Assembly: GCF_009914755.1 (NCBI RefSeq)
Contig: NC_060947.1
Direction: 5' to 3' (one strand)
From: the human T2T-CHM13v2.0 reference genome, Homo sapiens
DNA: 64,000 nt
Each line of letters begins with the position of its first letter. Positions within the stretch are counted from its first letter, which is position 1. Of this stretch, positions 57,011 to 64,000 are shown piece by piece. A program made the position numbers and the translations under genes. The notes under the pieces are model-generated. The model did not search any database, was not told the DNA's origin, and saw only the letters and a program-made list of their open reading frames with translations.

Positions 57011-57112
57011 GACACAGCATTGTTGGTTTTGCCATGTACTATTTTACCTATGACCCGTGGATTGGCAAGTTATTGTATCTTGAGGACTTCTTCGTGATGA
57101 GTGATTATAGAG
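57011..57112 (+). CDS. SAT1: SAT1 exon 4 ([34 protein letters not shown])
   Basis: ttattacag|GA...AGAG|gtacga, 102 nt; GNAT core. Confidence 0.97.
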
Positions 57113-57202
57113 GTACGATTGAGTTCGGAGCAGAGGGTCTGAAGAGAGTTCAGAGTTATAAATGCTTACAATGACTTTTTAAATTGTACTCTTTCTTTTT
57201 AG

Positions 57203-57243
57203 GCTTTGGCATAGGATCAGAAATTCTGAAGAATCTAAGCCAG
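57203..57243 (+). CDS. SAT1: SAT1 exon 5 (GFGIGSEILKNLSQ; completes acetyl-CoA-binding motif RGFGIG)
   Basis: ctttcttttttag-type acceptor at 57201-57202, donor CAG|gtatgt, 41 nt. Confidence 0.97.
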
Positions 57244-57368
57244 GTATGTCTTAGTTTTTGGTTTCCAAATTTGTAAGTTTACTGGATTATTTTAATGATG
57301 GAATAAAAATTGGGTCTTGAGAGCAGGCTGAAATGTCACTGAGTGTGTGTTTTACTCTCTCATAATAG

Positions 57369-57539
57369 GTTGCAATGAGGTGTCGCTGCAGCAGCATGCA
57401 CTTCTTGGTAGCAGAATGGAATGAACCATCCATCAACTTCTATAAAAGAAGAGGTGCTTCTGATCTGTCCAGTGAAGAGGGTTGGAGACTGTTCAAGATC
57501 GACAAGGAGTACTTGCTAAAAATGGCAACAGAGGAGTGA
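57369..57539 (+). CDS. SAT1: SAT1 exon 6 coding part ([29 protein letters not shown]...MATEE*)
   Basis: aatag|GTT...GAG TGA. The six exons sum to 516 nt = 171 aa plus stop. Confidence 0.97.
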   Translation, partial: VAMRCRCSSMHFLVAEWNEPSINFYKRRGASDLSSEEGWRLFKIDKEYLLKMATEE

Positions 57540-57578
57540 GGAGTGCTGCTGTAGATGACAACCTCCATTCTATTTTAG

Positions 57579-57584
57579 AATAAA
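57579..57584 (+). terminator. SAT1: SAT1 proximal AATAAA (candidate alternative poly(A) signal)
   Basis: AATAAA 40 nt after the stop codon, with U/GU-rich sequence downstream. Confidence 0.5.
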
Positions 57585-57871
57585 TTCCCAACTTCTCTTG
57601 CTTTCTATGCTGTTTGTAGTGAAATAATAGAATGAGCACCCATTCCAAAGCTTTATTACCAGTGGCGTTGTTGCATGTTTGAAATGAGGTCTGTTTAAAG
57701 TGGCAATCTCAGATGCAGTTTGGAGAGTCAGATCTTTCTCCTTGAATATCTTTCGATAAACAACAAGGTGGTGTGATCTTAATATATTTGAAAAAAACTT
57801 CATTCTCGTGAGTCATTTAAATGTGTACAATGTACACACTGGTACTTAGAGTTTCTGTTTGATTCTTTTTT

Positions 57872-57877
57872 AATAAA
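57872..57877 (+). terminator. SAT1: SAT1 main poly(A) signal
   Basis: AATAAA preceded by TGTA motifs and a U-rich tract, followed by GU-rich ttgtttggtgt. Confidence 0.8.
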
Positions 57878-58127
57878 CTACTCTTTGATTTAATTGTTTG
57901 GTGTAAGCATTTTTACTAGTTCTTTATTTCTTACACATCTTTCTTGCTGTTGAAGACAAAAATGACCCGCAAACATCATTGGATGAACAGAATTGCTCAA
58001 AATAGTTTTTAACCCAATTTAAAGTTTTTATGGTCATGTGTTATGTTAGTATTAACAAAGTCTGGATAGAAGCCAGTTTACCAGTTGGCTATCAAGGTTT
58101 TATACATAGCAACATGTAAAACATGAC

Positions 58128-63999
<5,872 letters not shown>

Positions 64000-64000
64000 A

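Noticed and set aside
56650-57174. 174-aa ORF containing SAT1 sequence
   Set aside because: It is exon 4 with open flanking intron. The proper splice sites at 57011 and 57112 explain the homology.

Overview
Alu-dense primate, human-like genomic DNA. The genes match the ACOT9-SAT1 interval, which I recall is on human Xp22.11. Two genes diverge head-to-head about 40 kb apart. On the minus strand are coding exons 1-6 of ACOT9 (mitochondrial acyl-CoA thioesterase 9; ATG at 14752), running off the left edge. On the plus strand is the complete SAT1 gene (spermidine/spermine N1-acetyltransferase 1; 6 coding exons, 171 aa, 55035-57539). SAT1 regulatory parts are visible: the polyamine-responsive element, uORFs, the 110-nt poison exon X and two poly(A) signals. 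The intergenic DNA is mostly Alu, L1, MIR, LTR16/HERV16, MLT1, MER52 and DNA-transposon relics. I found no CRISPR array and no convincing new protein-coding gene. The best leads are a very basic uORF overlapping the SAT1 start codon, hairpin/poly(A)/decoy-donor structure around exon X, a stop-free in-frame intron 2, an L1 3'-transduction in ACOT9 intron 1, a GC splice donor, and a 386-bp Alu-bounded duplication. Gene and repeat family names come from memory, not from database searches. Repeat boundaries are approximate.
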